Below, piece by piece: positions 30,296 to 39,643 of a DNA stretch of 64,000 bases (position 1 is the stretch's first letter; every line of letters starts with the position of its first letter). The notes under the pieces were generated by a model that was not told the origin of the DNA, ran no database searches, and saw only the letters and a list, made by a program, of their open reading frames with translations. The stretch lies in IMG/VR virus record IMGVR_UViG_2579778687_000002; one strand, 5' to 3'. Origin of the DNA: an uncultured virus (IMG/VR IMGVR_UViG_2579778687_000002). Taxonomy: Duplodnaviria; Heunggongvirae; Uroviricota; Caudoviricetes. A program made the position numbers and the translations under genes.

Positions 30296-30969
30296 GGCCA
30301 GAATGCCTCTACATGGTGGGGAACATCCTCACGGGTGATGCGCCGCAGGTCGGAGTCGGGGCGCTCGCCGAAGTAGGCCGTGAAAGCGGCTTCGGCCAGC
30401 GCGGCGCGGTTCGGATCGAACGACTCCATGTCGGGGATGCTGAAGCCGCGATGCAGCGCCCACTGGACCAGATGCCGGTGGTGCTCGGCGTGAATCTCCG
30501 GCTGCGCGGTGTCCTTGTCGGCCAGCGCCATGTCAGCCAGGGGCGTGCGGTAGCCCTCCACGCGCAGAATGCCAGCCCGGTCGGGGGTTGGCACCAGGCG
30601 CAGCGAAGTGTCGCCCTGGATGGCGTACAGCGGCTTGCCGGTGCATGCGCGCCATTCCGGCAGCTCCACGTCCAGCACCTCGGCCGACTTCAGCACCGGC
30701 ATGGTCGGGCGCGACATATCGGCCGGGTAGAAGCCCAGGTGCGACAGTTCGTATAGCGACGCATGCAACTGGTAGACGGCAGTTCCGGCGACCACCTCGA
30801 TGCGGCACACGGCGTCGGCCTGGCTCTCGTGGATCAGCCTGCCGCGCACGGCGGCTTCGCGCACTGCGTCGTTGAGCCAGTCGGCCACGTCCTGGTCCGA
30901 CCAGAAATACGGCTCCACCATGTCGTTCGCGTCCGTGCGAACTCGGCGGATCAGGTCGGCCAGCGTCAT
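30292..30969 (-). CDS. head-tail adaptor protein
   Basis: 225 aa; MTLADLIRRVR...WSDQDVADWLNDA pattern of podovirus adaptors. Confidence 0.7.
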   Translation of the reverse strand: MTLADLIRRVRTDANDMVEPYFWSDQDVADWLNDAVREAAVRGRLIHESQADAVCRIEVVAGTAVYQLHASLYELSHLGFYPADMSRPTMPVLKSAEVLDVELPEWRACTGKPLYAIQGDTSLRLVPTPDRAGILRVEGYRTPLADMALADKDTAQPEIHAEHHRHLVQWALHRGFSIPDMESFDPNRAALAEAAFTAYFGERPDSDLRRITREDVPHHVEAFWP

Positions 30970-31838
30970 ACCGCGCCACCGAACTGGTCGATGCGCGCGT
31001 GGACGGCATCACGGGAACGCGCCAAGCCGTGCTGCTTGACCAGGTTCAGGCCGTAGCGGTCCTTGGCGAATGCCGCCAGGCTGGTGAAGTCGGCGAAGTT
31101 GTCCACCTCCCGGTGCAGGGCCGATAGGTCTTCCTCCTTGCGAGCGCGCTCCTGCTGGGCCTGCTGAGCCTGCGCGATCACCTGCTTGATGTCGTCGCCG
31201 GCCGGCGCGGGGCCGGTGGAGCGCTCGAACAGGTCGCGATGGTTGAGGAATCGACGCGCCAGATCGCCGGGCACGCTACGCACCTGCCCTTGGGTGAACA
31301 TCAGCCCGGAGCCATACAGGCGGTCGGTGAAGCTTTCCCGCGGTCCGATGTACTTGATGGGCACGCCGTTATCCAGCATGGGCACGCCGTCGCTCGCCAT
31401 CTGCGCCACCAGGGCCGCATTCTTGCCCAGCACCTCGTTGAGTTGGTCTTGCAACTCAGCCACGCGCGCGTCGGCGTCCTGGCTCCCGGCGTCCGGGATG
31501 TCCTTGAGTGCATGAACCACGGCGCGGAACAGATAGTCCTTGACCTTCTGCGACTCGGGCAACTCGGCGTAGGGAACGCAGCACGGGTGCGTCTTCGCCT
31601 CGAAGTCCTTGACCTCGCCATGGACCCAGCCGTTGGCCAGCTTGTCCGCCAGCCAGGACTCATGGGACTGCTCGGGGGTGGTGTCTGGGTTGTCCAGGTG
31701 GAGTTGCACGCCGGCCAGGATGCCGCGCTGCATGTCTTCCGGGCACTCGGCGAACGGTGGTGCCACCTTGTCGCCGATGGCGAGGCAGTAGGCGGAATTG
31801 ATCGCGTGGGCGATGGTGGCGATGAGGATGGGTTTCAT
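30966..31838 (-). CDS. RyR-domain-containing phage protein
   Basis: HESWLADKLANGWVHGEVKDFEAKTHPCCVPYAELPESQK matches the RyR repeat pattern. Confidence 0.8.
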   Translation of the reverse strand: MKPILIATIAHAINSAYCLAIGDKVAPPFAECPEDMQRGILAGVQLHLDNPDTTPEQSHESWLADKLANGWVHGEVKDFEAKTHPCCVPYAELPESQKVKDYLFRAVVHALKDIPDAGSQDADARVAELQDQLNEVLGKNAALVAQMASDGVPMLDNGVPIKYIGPRESFTDRLYGSGLMFTQGQVRSVPGDLARRFLNHRDLFERSTGPAPAGDDIKQVIAQAQQAQQERARKEEDLSALHREVDNFADFTSLAAFAKDRYGLNLVKQHGLARSRDAVHARIDQFGGAV

Positions 31839-31902
31839 GAATGTCCTACTCCTGCGTGACAGAAGGGCCAGCGCGGGCCGGCCCTTCGGGGGGCGGCGGC
31901 GC

Positions 31903-32382
31903 TTAGACTGCGCCGAGGCGCTCGCCGTGGACGATCACCTGGAGCTTGCCCGCCTCCGCGACGGCAGCGCCTTTGATGGTGATAACCAGGTTGGCGTCCT
32001 TGGGCAGCGCGAACAGCGCCTTGCTGGAACTGGTGCGCAGGCGCGCAGCGGCCGACAGCAGCAGGCCAGCGCCGAAATACGCGGCGTCCTGCGGATAGGT
32101 CGCGTCGTCCACGCCGTCGGCGTAGGCAAAGCCCACGTCAGCGGTCACGCCGGCACCGAAGTGGTCGGAAATCACCAGTTGCAGGTCTTCGGCGACGAAG
32201 CCGGCGGGCAACGGGAACTCGAACGCCACGACATCTCCAACCGCCAGCGAGGCGGCGGCATTGCTGTTGAGCAGAACGCCGGCCGCGTTGGTCGCGAGCT
32301 GGTAACGCAGGGTGGTCAGGTTGCCATACGGCGTGACACCGCCGAACTGGCCGCCGAGCGGGATGGTCTTGTACTGGGCCAT
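31903..32382 (-). CDS. capsid decoration/minor head protein
   Basis: 159 aa, beta-rich, directly after the capsid gene; GGAGG SD. Confidence 0.65.
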   Translation of the reverse strand: MAQYKTIPLGGQFGGVTPYGNLTTLRYQLATNAAGVLLNSNAAASLAVGDVVAFEFPLPAGFVAEDLQLVISDHFGAGVTADVGFAYADGVDDATYPQDAAYFGAGLLLSAAARLRTSSSKALFALPKDANLVITIKGAAVAEAGKLQVIVHGERLGAV

Positions 32383-32440
32383 AACGGGCCTCCTTTCAAT
32401 CTGGACGAAGGAAAGGGCCGGGATCACCGACCCTTGTCGC

Positions 32441-33733
32441 TTACTTGCGGGGGCCGATGATCTTGACCGCGGTGTCGATCGCCATCACGCCGTGGTCGGT
32501 GTACTCCAGGCCGTTGGTCGCCTCGACGGCGAAACGAATCTTGGAGCAGCCGAGGATCGCGCCGATCAGCAGTTCCAGCTTGTCGCCGTGGTCCATGTCC
32601 TTCTCGGACCAGAAGAACGGCATGCCGGAGTGCTCGGAAGCCGCCCAGGCTTGCGCCAGGGCCTGACCGCCCAGCAGCAGGGCGCGGTCCACCGCGTACT
32701 GATTGCCGAAGCTATCCGGCACCACGGCGCTCGACTCGGCTTCCGAGTTGTAGTCGGCGCAATACTTGATGGTGTCGCCCGCGTAGAAGCGGATCGGCTT
32801 CGGCATCTTGATGATGAGGGTGTTGGACCACAGGCCCGCATCGACGCGGAAGATCGGGTGCTGCTTGGCGTTCGACGCGCGTGCCAGTGCGGCAGCCTGC
32901 CAACTACGGAACTTCTCCTGCTTGGCGAAGCTGTTGTACTGGGCCGGCGAGCACAGCAGGACGCGGATCGGCGAATCCTCAGCGGCCTCGTCGCCCTCGA
33001 ACTTCACGGGCGGCGGCGGCAGCTCGATCTGGTCCATGTAGGTGGCGATGGAGTCGACCACATCCACATCCAGCACGTCGGCGGTGGTGATGTTGTACTC
33101 CCCCGCATTCGGCGCAACGCCAGTGATGGCATCGGCGCTGGCCACGAAGTGACGGTTCTTGGTCGGCGCCTTGACGCGGTTGACCAGCATGTCAGCCAGC
33201 TTCGGGTGCGTCTCCAGCGGGAGGCACCACTCCTTGTTGTAGTGGTTACCACGGGCGCCGGCCAGGTGAACCAGCATGGACTGGTCCAGGTAGGCGTCCA
33301 TGAACCACTTCGCCTTCGGACGGCCGAGGCGGCGCAGGTCGTAGGGGTTGCGAATCTGCGACATCACATCGCCCAGGTCCACCGGGAAGCGGGCTTGGTT
33401 GACGCGCAGTTGGTCGCTGCCGATCTTCAGGCCAGTGCCCTTGCCCTCGGCGTACTCGCTACCCATGATCGGGAAGGCGTTCGCCGGCTGCACGAAGTGG
33501 AAACGCACCTCGTCGCCCTTGTTGCGGCCCAGGTCCTGGGCCTGGACGATGGGAAGCTCCAGGCTCGACTGGCCCTTGGTCTTCTTCTCGGCGTCGCTGG
33601 TGCCGCTCGGCATCTTGCCGGTCAGACGGTTCAGGGTCGAGTTGCGGCCCTGGCAGAGCGCGAACAAGCCGGCGGCCTGTTGGATCATCGCGTTCGGATC
33701 ACCGTAACGCATGGTGGTTTTGCTTGCGGTCAT
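32441..33733 (-). CDS. major capsid protein (N4 gp56-like/DUF4043-like)
   Basis: 430 aa after scaffold; DLGRNKGDEVRF and DHGVMAIDT motifs. Confidence 0.85.
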   Translation of the reverse strand: MTASKTTMRYGDPNAMIQQAAGLFALCQGRNSTLNRLTGKMPSGTSDAEKKTKGQSSLELPIVQAQDLGRNKGDEVRFHFVQPANAFPIMGSEYAEGKGTGLKIGSDQLRVNQARFPVDLGDVMSQIRNPYDLRRLGRPKAKWFMDAYLDQSMLVHLAGARGNHYNKEWCLPLETHPKLADMLVNRVKAPTKNRHFVASADAITGVAPNAGEYNITTADVLDVDVVDSIATYMDQIELPPPPVKFEGDEAAEDSPIRVLLCSPAQYNSFAKQEKFRSWQAAALARASNAKQHPIFRVDAGLWSNTLIIKMPKPIRFYAGDTIKYCADYNSEAESSAVVPDSFGNQYAVDRALLLGGQALAQAWAASEHSGMPFFWSEKDMDHGDKLELLIGAILGCSKIRFAVEATNGLEYTDHGVMAIDTAVKIIGPRK

Positions 33734-33745
33734 GGGGTAGCTCCC

Positions 33746-34837
33746 TTACATGTTCCGGTTCAGGAATGCCTCGACCTGATCGGGGCTCATGCCGCGCAGG
33801 GCGTCCGACATGGATGCCGGATCCATTGCGGCGATGGCCTCGAATCGGTTGCCAGCCGGAGGCTTGCCGCCCGGGATATCCGAGAGACTGGCCGGCGGTT
33901 CGGTCTTGGCTTTGTTGATGGCAGCCTGGGCCGCAGCCTTCGCGTCTTGCGCGTTCGGCTGCTGCTGCGACTGCTGAGCGTTTCCGGTGGCGGACTTGAA
34001 CGAACCGAACAGTTCGATAACATCGGCCGCGGTGCCGTCTTTCAGCACCTTGGCGATGCTCGCGCGCTCATAGGACGGACGGGACGCCACCCAGTCCCCG
34101 AACTCCTTGCTCTCCGCAATGGAGTCGGCGTCCGGGTGGGCCTCGTAGATCGCATTCAGGTGGGCGCTCGCGGCGCTCTCGGCTTCCTTCTTCTGGATCG
34201 GTGCCAGCTTCTGGTCCACGAGTGCGCTCACGCGCGCTTCCACTTTCGCGTCGATCAGCTTCTGGATGCCTGCGGCCAGCGCTTCCTCGCTGAAGTCTCC
34301 GAAGATCGCCGGGTCAACCCCCTGATCCATGGCAGCCTGAGCCGCCGCCAGTTGGTTGTCCTGCGACGTCGGGGCCTCGCCTGCCGTGGCACGCGCTGCT
34401 GCCTCATCCCGCAGGCGTTGTAGCTCTGCCTGCGCGGCCTGGGCCTGGGCTTTCCAGTGCTGTTCTCCCTGTCTCGCTTCCACCAGCTTCTCGTAGCCGA
34501 TGGTGTGCTTGCCGTCCTTGGCCAGGATCACGGCGTTCTCGGCGTTTAGCTCTTTGGCGTCGGGCGTCTTGCCCTGTTGGTCGCCACCGGCATCGTCGCT
34601 GTCATCAACCGCGCCCTGCTGCGCGTCGGTGTTCTGTTCGGTGCTGTCTGCCTGATCGTCGGCATTGGCGCTGGCCTCGCCAGCATCGCCGGCACCCGTA
34701 CCGGCTGCGACGTTGGGCACGTCGCTGTCCAGCATGAAATTGCTGGTATCGCCCATTGCCAGTTCAATCATCCTGGCAGCCTGTTCAGGTGTCGGCCGTC
34801 CGCCGTCTATCTCTTGGAAAAGCTCGTCTTTTTTCAT
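33746..34837 (-). CDS. scaffolding protein
   Basis: acidic helical protein between portal and capsid genes. Confidence 0.75.
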   Translation of the reverse strand: MKKDELFQEIDGGRPTPEQAARMIELAMGDTSNFMLDSDVPNVAAGTGAGDAGEASANADDQADSTEQNTDAQQGAVDDSDDAGGDQQGKTPDAKELNAENAVILAKDGKHTIGYEKLVEARQGEQHWKAQAQAAQAELQRLRDEAAARATAGEAPTSQDNQLAAAQAAMDQGVDPAIFGDFSEEALAAGIQKLIDAKVEARVSALVDQKLAPIQKKEAESAASAHLNAIYEAHPDADSIAESKEFGDWVASRPSYERASIAKVLKDGTAADVIELFGSFKSATGNAQQSQQQPNAQDAKAAAQAAINKAKTEPPASLSDIPGGKPPAGNRFEAIAAMDPASMSDALRGMSPDQVEAFLNRNM

Positions 34838-34961
34838 GCCTATCCCGCCACATATCGCCGTGGCCGCAAGGGTCATCAGCAATGCGGATTGCTCCGCGTC
34901 TCGCCGGCGCTCGGAGACGCCTTGGCTTGGGCGGCAGTGTCGGAGACAGGTGCAGGAAGAA

Positions 34962-34978
34962 CGAAACCCTACAGGGGG
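34962..34978 (-). promoter_or_regulatory. late promoter motif copy upstream of scaffold/capsid
   Basis: minus strand CCCCCTGTAGGGTTTCG, then GACACT 20 nt downstream. Confidence 0.65.
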
Positions 34979-34991
34979 TCAACTAACGCAC

Positions 34992-35020
34992 AAAAGAAAG
35001 CCCGGACAGAGTCCGGGCTT
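34992..35020 (-). terminator. intrinsic terminator of the moron
   Basis: minus strand AAGCCCGGAC-tct-GTCCGGGCTT followed by TCTTTT. Confidence 0.8.
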
Positions 35021-35037
35021 GTAATGCACTCAGTGGT

Positions 35038-35949
35038 TCAAACTTTGTTGAGAGTTTGAATGCTATTTACAGCATAGACCTCATGCGGCACACCATAACC
35101 CCTAAACATTTCTTTAAGGCGCACAACGCTCTTGGCAAACAACGCAGGGCGATCCGCCCCCACTACTAAAACAATAAACTTAAACCGAACATGGTCAGAT
35201 CCAAGGTGATAATTATGATAATATTGACTGACGGTCTCTTGGATCATCCCAACCTTTTTCCCGTTAAATATCTGCCAAGGTCTAAAAACCTCTACCAACA
35301 GAGTTTCTTTTGGCGTAATTGACGCACCACTAAAGATGTATGCACCCCCTTCAAGAGCAACATTTCTTTGAAAGAAAGTTTTCTTTTCTCTGGAGAGAAG
35401 ATCAAGTGCATCATTTTCTTGCTTAAATATATCTTGAACAGACCGAACCAAGTCAGTCGGCTCAGGCGCACGCTCAGGTGGCTGCTCCATAGCTTCTAAC
35501 GATAGTCCCTCCTGCTCTTCATCTTGACCGGACGCGCTGCCACCGCTAGCGTCCTGAGAGGCCGGAACGTTCGACACACTGATCTCTAACTTGCCTGGCA
35601 ATGAGTCTACGACAGGTTCGCAATCTGTATGCACGCGTGTTTCGTCAACCTCTTCTATTATTTTGTCGAGAACTGAAGCCTGCGAAGCCTGGGCAATTCC
35701 ACGCGCATGAAGAAATGTATCATCATTGCGATAGTCTTTAGGAGCATAAAGCACTTCATGTTTAAACCACAACACACCAAAGAATAGTAAAACCAAGAAA
35801 GAAGGAAAGCCCATCAAGAACCAAACATATTGATCCTGTACTTCACCTTCTAATAGAGGCAGAACTACTGTTCCGCCAAGCTCAACAAATGTTGCGAATA
35901 TAGCGATTACTGTTAACGGATTCTTTATATGTGCGTATTTTTTAGCCAT
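35038..35949 (-). CDS. AT-rich moron, two N-terminal TM helices plus soluble domain
   Basis: 303 aa, visibly AT-richer than flanks, between portal and scaffold, has its own terminator. Confidence 0.8.
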   Translation of the reverse strand: MAKKYAHIKNPLTVIAIFATFVELGGTVVLPLLEGEVQDQYVWFLMGFPSFLVLLFFGVLWFKHEVLYAPKDYRNDDTFLHARGIAQASQASVLDKIIEEVDETRVHTDCEPVVDSLPGKLEISVSNVPASQDASGGSASGQDEEQEGLSLEAMEQPPERAPEPTDLVRSVQDIFKQENDALDLLSREKKTFFQRNVALEGGAYIFSGASITPKETLLVEVFRPWQIFNGKKVGMIQETVSQYYHNYHLGSDHVRFKFIVLVVGADRPALFAKSVVRLKEMFRGYGVPHEVYAVNSIQTLNKV

Positions 35950-36028
35950 GCTCTTTCCGTGAGGAATTCAGTCCAAAATGCCATCACTATACGCAGGGCC
36001 GTTGGCCAATTCCACTGCCCTCCCCCCC

Positions 36029-38350
36029 CTAGCCACCTCGAACTGATAGGTTGTCTGCCGTGCTCGGAGTTTCGATACCGCGCAGCCCCGTTGGTGCTTC
36101 TTCTGGCACTGGTGGATAGGTCGGACTAGTGTTTCTACGTACCGGGACGCTCTCTGCCTCCGCTTCTGCTGCCGGCCCCTGTCCTTGGATGTAGGGCGAC
36201 TTGATGTTCATGGCAGCAGTCTGGTCAGCTACAGGGTAGTTCGGGTCGTCACCAGCAGGGTTCGGGCGCTGGTATCCCGCGCTCTGCATCACGGCGTCGG
36301 CGATTGGCGCGATCATCGGCATCTGCGCAATCTGGGCGCCGGCCTGCATGGCACTGAATGCGGCCTGCACCCCGATCTGCACTGCCTTGGCGTTCAGCCC
36401 ACTGATTTCGCTATCCGCCTTGCGCTCCTTGATCTCCAGTTCGCGCAGCTTGATGTCGTTTCCGGCCTTGGCCAGGGCGTCCTGCACGGCCTGGTCGATC
36501 TGCTGCTGGATCTGCTCCGGGGTCTGCTGTTGATCAACGGCTCGGATGGCCTCCACCACGTCGCGCTTGAACGGCACGTCCATGAGGCTGACCAGGAACG
36601 GCAGGACAGCGGCCTGGTACTGCGGCGGCATGCTCTTGACGGCCTCGGACATCGCATTGAGCTGCTGGCCGCGGTAGCTGTTGGTGCTGGGAACGTCCTC
36701 GAGGGCGACCTTGATCCGAGTGCGCAGCAGATCATTGGACAGGTAGGCGGCGCCGGTCTGCGGATCGCGCTGCGGCTCGTTGAGCACCACGACACGATCG
36801 GCGGTTACGGCATCGCCTTCGATAACAACCTCGGTGCGCTCCTGGCCGATGTCCTCGACGATCATTGCCAGCAGCAGTTCGCCCACCAGGGTCCGGCCGG
36901 CGCGGAAGTTGTCCATGATCCGGCCAATGGACTGGTTGCTCTGCTCGATCTGCTGCTGCTCCTGGATGCCGCTGGTTGCCGTGCCTTTGCGCCCCTGGAA
37001 ACCGGCCGTGATGTTGCTTACGCGCTCGATGGTGGCGCGGTTGTCCTGGAGCATCTGGAAATGCTGGTCGGTCAGGGTGTAGTCGCGCTTTACCTCGAAG
37101 CGAGCGCCCCTGTTGCTTGCGAAGTGCTCAGCGTTCAGCACGATGTCGGCATCCGGACGTGCGATCTGCCGGCGTAGTTGGGCGTCGGTCATGTCTACCG
37201 CGCCCTTGGTACGCTCCACTCGAGTGACGCTCATGCCCCAGCGGAGCTTGGACATACCGCTATTCAGGCTGTCCTGGGCGTATTTCATGCCGCGCACGTA
37301 CCCGTATGGAATTCCGGTGGCATCCTCGCGGAAGCCGAAGAACGGCACGTAGGGGAAGTGACGATGTGTGTATGGGCTTGGCCCATCGTGCAGGCAGTGC
37401 GGCCCGAGCCAGTAGGAGCGGCGCACGCGGGATACCGTCACCTTCTTCGGTGAAATGCGGCCGGACGCCAGCGCGATGTTGTGCGCCAGGTTGTTCGGGT
37501 CGTACTCGACGACTCGGCCATCGGGTGATTTCAGGACGTGGACCTGCACCCAGCGGCGATACCAGAGTTCCACCAGGCAGATTTCCTTGCTGCTTGGGTT
37601 GTACCAGCGGTCCTCCTGCACGGTCCATGCCCGCGCCTCGCTCCATGCGTTGTGCAGACCGGTGGATGTGCCGCCTTCCATCATTCCGAGATCGGGCTGG
37701 CCCCACCATGTGCTGCCGTACTTACCTACCATGCCGATCAGTTCGGCATGCTCCGGGAACACCAGGGCAATGCGATCAGGTGACAGCCAGCGCTGCCGGC
37801 GCAGGAAGCGGCAAGCCTCCCAGTCGTCGCCGCACTTCATGTCCCAGTGAATTTCGTCGCGGCGGATAGGCCGGCAGCGGTACGGGAACTTGAACGGGTC
37901 CGACTCGCGGCTGACCTCTACCCAGCCGATACCGCACGCGATCTGCGGCCGGAACGCTTCGGAGCATGCGCGGTCGGCACCAGACTGGCGCTCTGCCGTG
38001 TTCAGCCGGTAGTTCAGGGCGTCGGCCACGTCCTGGCCACCCACGTCGCCGTTCGGCGTCACGCGCCAGTCGGTGCGAGTGACGGCCTCGTAGCCTTGCA
38101 GGGACAGCAGGGCCGGGCCAATCAGGTCTTCTACCGCGGGCGGGATGCCCAGTGCCTGCTGGCGACGCAGCAGGTCGGTGTCGAGCTGGTTCCCGTCCGC
38201 GTAATCCATTTCCTTGTCGGCGACGGCGCGCCACGCGGGCTGGTCCTCGATTTCGTAGTTGATGTCGGCGTACTCGTCCACGGTCAGCGGCGTGTCGCCG
38301 GCCGGTGGCAGGCCATTCATGTACTGGCGGTCATTCTCAGTGATCTGCAT
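36029..38350 (-). CDS. portal protein (P22-like)
   Basis: 773 aa after terminase; DYADGNQ, GIGWVEV and PYVPF...YGYVR..K.AQD motifs. Confidence 0.88.
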   Translation of the reverse strand: MQITENDRQYMNGLPPAGDTPLTVDEYADINYEIEDQPAWRAVADKEMDYADGNQLDTDLLRRQQALGIPPAVEDLIGPALLSLQGYEAVTRTDWRVTPNGDVGGQDVADALNYRLNTAERQSGADRACSEAFRPQIACGIGWVEVSRESDPFKFPYRCRPIRRDEIHWDMKCGDDWEACRFLRRQRWLSPDRIALVFPEHAELIGMVGKYGSTWWGQPDLGMMEGGTSTGLHNAWSEARAWTVQEDRWYNPSSKEICLVELWYRRWVQVHVLKSPDGRVVEYDPNNLAHNIALASGRISPKKVTVSRVRRSYWLGPHCLHDGPSPYTHRHFPYVPFFGFREDATGIPYGYVRGMKYAQDSLNSGMSKLRWGMSVTRVERTKGAVDMTDAQLRRQIARPDADIVLNAEHFASNRGARFEVKRDYTLTDQHFQMLQDNRATIERVSNITAGFQGRKGTATSGIQEQQQIEQSNQSIGRIMDNFRAGRTLVGELLLAMIVEDIGQERTEVVIEGDAVTADRVVVLNEPQRDPQTGAAYLSNDLLRTRIKVALEDVPSTNSYRGQQLNAMSEAVKSMPPQYQAAVLPFLVSLMDVPFKRDVVEAIRAVDQQQTPEQIQQQIDQAVQDALAKAGNDIKLRELEIKERKADSEISGLNAKAVQIGVQAAFSAMQAGAQIAQMPMIAPIADAVMQSAGYQRPNPAGDDPNYPVADQTAAMNIKSPYIQGQGPAAEAEAESVPVRRNTSPTYPPVPEEAPTGLRGIETPSTADNLSVRGG

Positions 38351-38359
38351 GTCGTGTCC

Positions 38360-39643
38360 TCACAGTCGCCAGTCAGGCGCTTCCGCTTCCTCGTAGGTGC
38401 GTTCCATTTCGTTGGGCATGATTTCCACGGCCTGGCCGACGTAGCGGAACATGTCGGAGCCGTGGCTGTATTCGTCGTGCAGGGGCGCCATGGCCTCTCC
38501 GGTCTGCTGGTGTAGGGCACGGCGGTAGCGCTTCAGGCACTCCACCAGGCGCCCGGTCTTGTCCTTGTCGAAGTAGCAGCGCGGGAACAGCATGCGGACG
38601 GCCTTGATGCCTTCCTCTATGCTGGTGGCGGCCAGGACGTGGACCTTGCGGCCCATCGCCTGTAGCTGTTCCTCGGTGCTCTTGCCGGTCTGGTAGTTGC
38701 GGGTACGACCGTCGTGCGGCAGGTAGTCGATGCCCCAGCGATACGGGCGTTTCTCGATCTGCGCCACGTACCAATCCAGCGTGCGATGGCTGTCCTCGAT
38801 GTAGTCGATGATTCGCACGTCCATCGGCCCGCGCTGGACAAAGCCGATGGTCATAGCGTCGTTCCAGCCCAAGTCCCATACCGTGTGGACGGGTAGCAGA
38901 GGGTCGTATGGCACCGGGCGAACGCGCCCGCTTTCCATCAGGTCCAGGATTTCATGGCGGTAGATGGCACCCTCGGCCACGGTGCGCGGCTTGCCTTCCC
39001 AGATGTGCTCGTAGTCCTCCTGCGACATGGAGCGCTTGGCGCGCAGGCGCTCCTGGTTGAGGACATCAGGGAACCACGGGTTGTCGCGCCAGTTGATTTC
39101 GCAGAGCCACACGTCGTCATCCGGCGCGGCGCAGAACCGCACGTAGGTGTCGTCGGTGTCCATCGCAGGGTTGAGCGTCAGCCATATCTCCGATCCGTCC
39201 TTGCGGATTGTCGGGATCAGCACGTCCCAGGACTTCTTGCACACGCCCTGGGCTTCTTCCACCCATACGATGTCTACGCCCTCAAAGGACTTGATGGAAT
39301 CGACGGTGTGCCCTTGCAGGCCGGAGAACAGGAACAGCGTGCCGTTGCGGCCACGAATCTCGGTGTCCAGCACCTCGTAGAACTCGGTCAGGCCGAGCTT
39401 GACGATGTAGTCGCGCAGCAGCCGGTGAACCGAGTCGCGCATAGACTTCTGGATTTCCCGCGCGCAGAGGATGCGCAGGGGGTTGCGCGCGCCCATGTCG
39501 AGCAGCACCTGGGCCACGCCATGGGACTTACCGCCGCCGCGCCCACCACGCATGACCTTGTACCGGCGCGCCTCGTACAGTGGCGCCAGTTTGAAGGGGA
39601 GCGTGATGTTCAGGTTGAGAGGCGCAGCGACGAAGGTGGTCAC
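38360..39643 (-). CDS. terL: terminase large subunit (PBSX-type)
   Basis: Walker A GGRGGGKS, Walker B VWVEEA, nuclease motifs WDLG and SHGSD. Confidence 0.93.
   Translation of the reverse strand: MTTFVAAPLNLNITLPFKLAPLYEARRYKVMRGGRGGGKSHGVAQVLLDMGARNPLRILCAREIQKSMRDSVHRLLRDYIVKLGLTEFYEVLDTEIRGRNGTLFLFSGLQGHTVDSIKSFEGVDIVWVEEAQGVCKKSWDVLIPTIRKDGSEIWLTLNPAMDTDDTYVRFCAAPDDDVWLCEINWRDNPWFPDVLNQERLRAKRSMSQEDYEHIWEGKPRTVAEGAIYRHEILDLMESGRVRPVPYDPLLPVHTVWDLGWNDAMTIGFVQRGPMDVRIIDYIEDSHRTLDWYVAQIEKRPYRWGIDYLPHDGRTRNYQTGKSTEEQLQAMGRKVHVLAATSIEEGIKAVRMLFPRCYFDKDKTGRLVECLKRYRRALHQQTGEAMAPLHDEYSHGSDMFRYVGQAVEIMPNEMERTYEEAEAPDWRL

Noticed and set aside
32312..34423. 703-aa plus-strand ORF
   Set aside because: Antisense shadow of the capsid and scaffold genes
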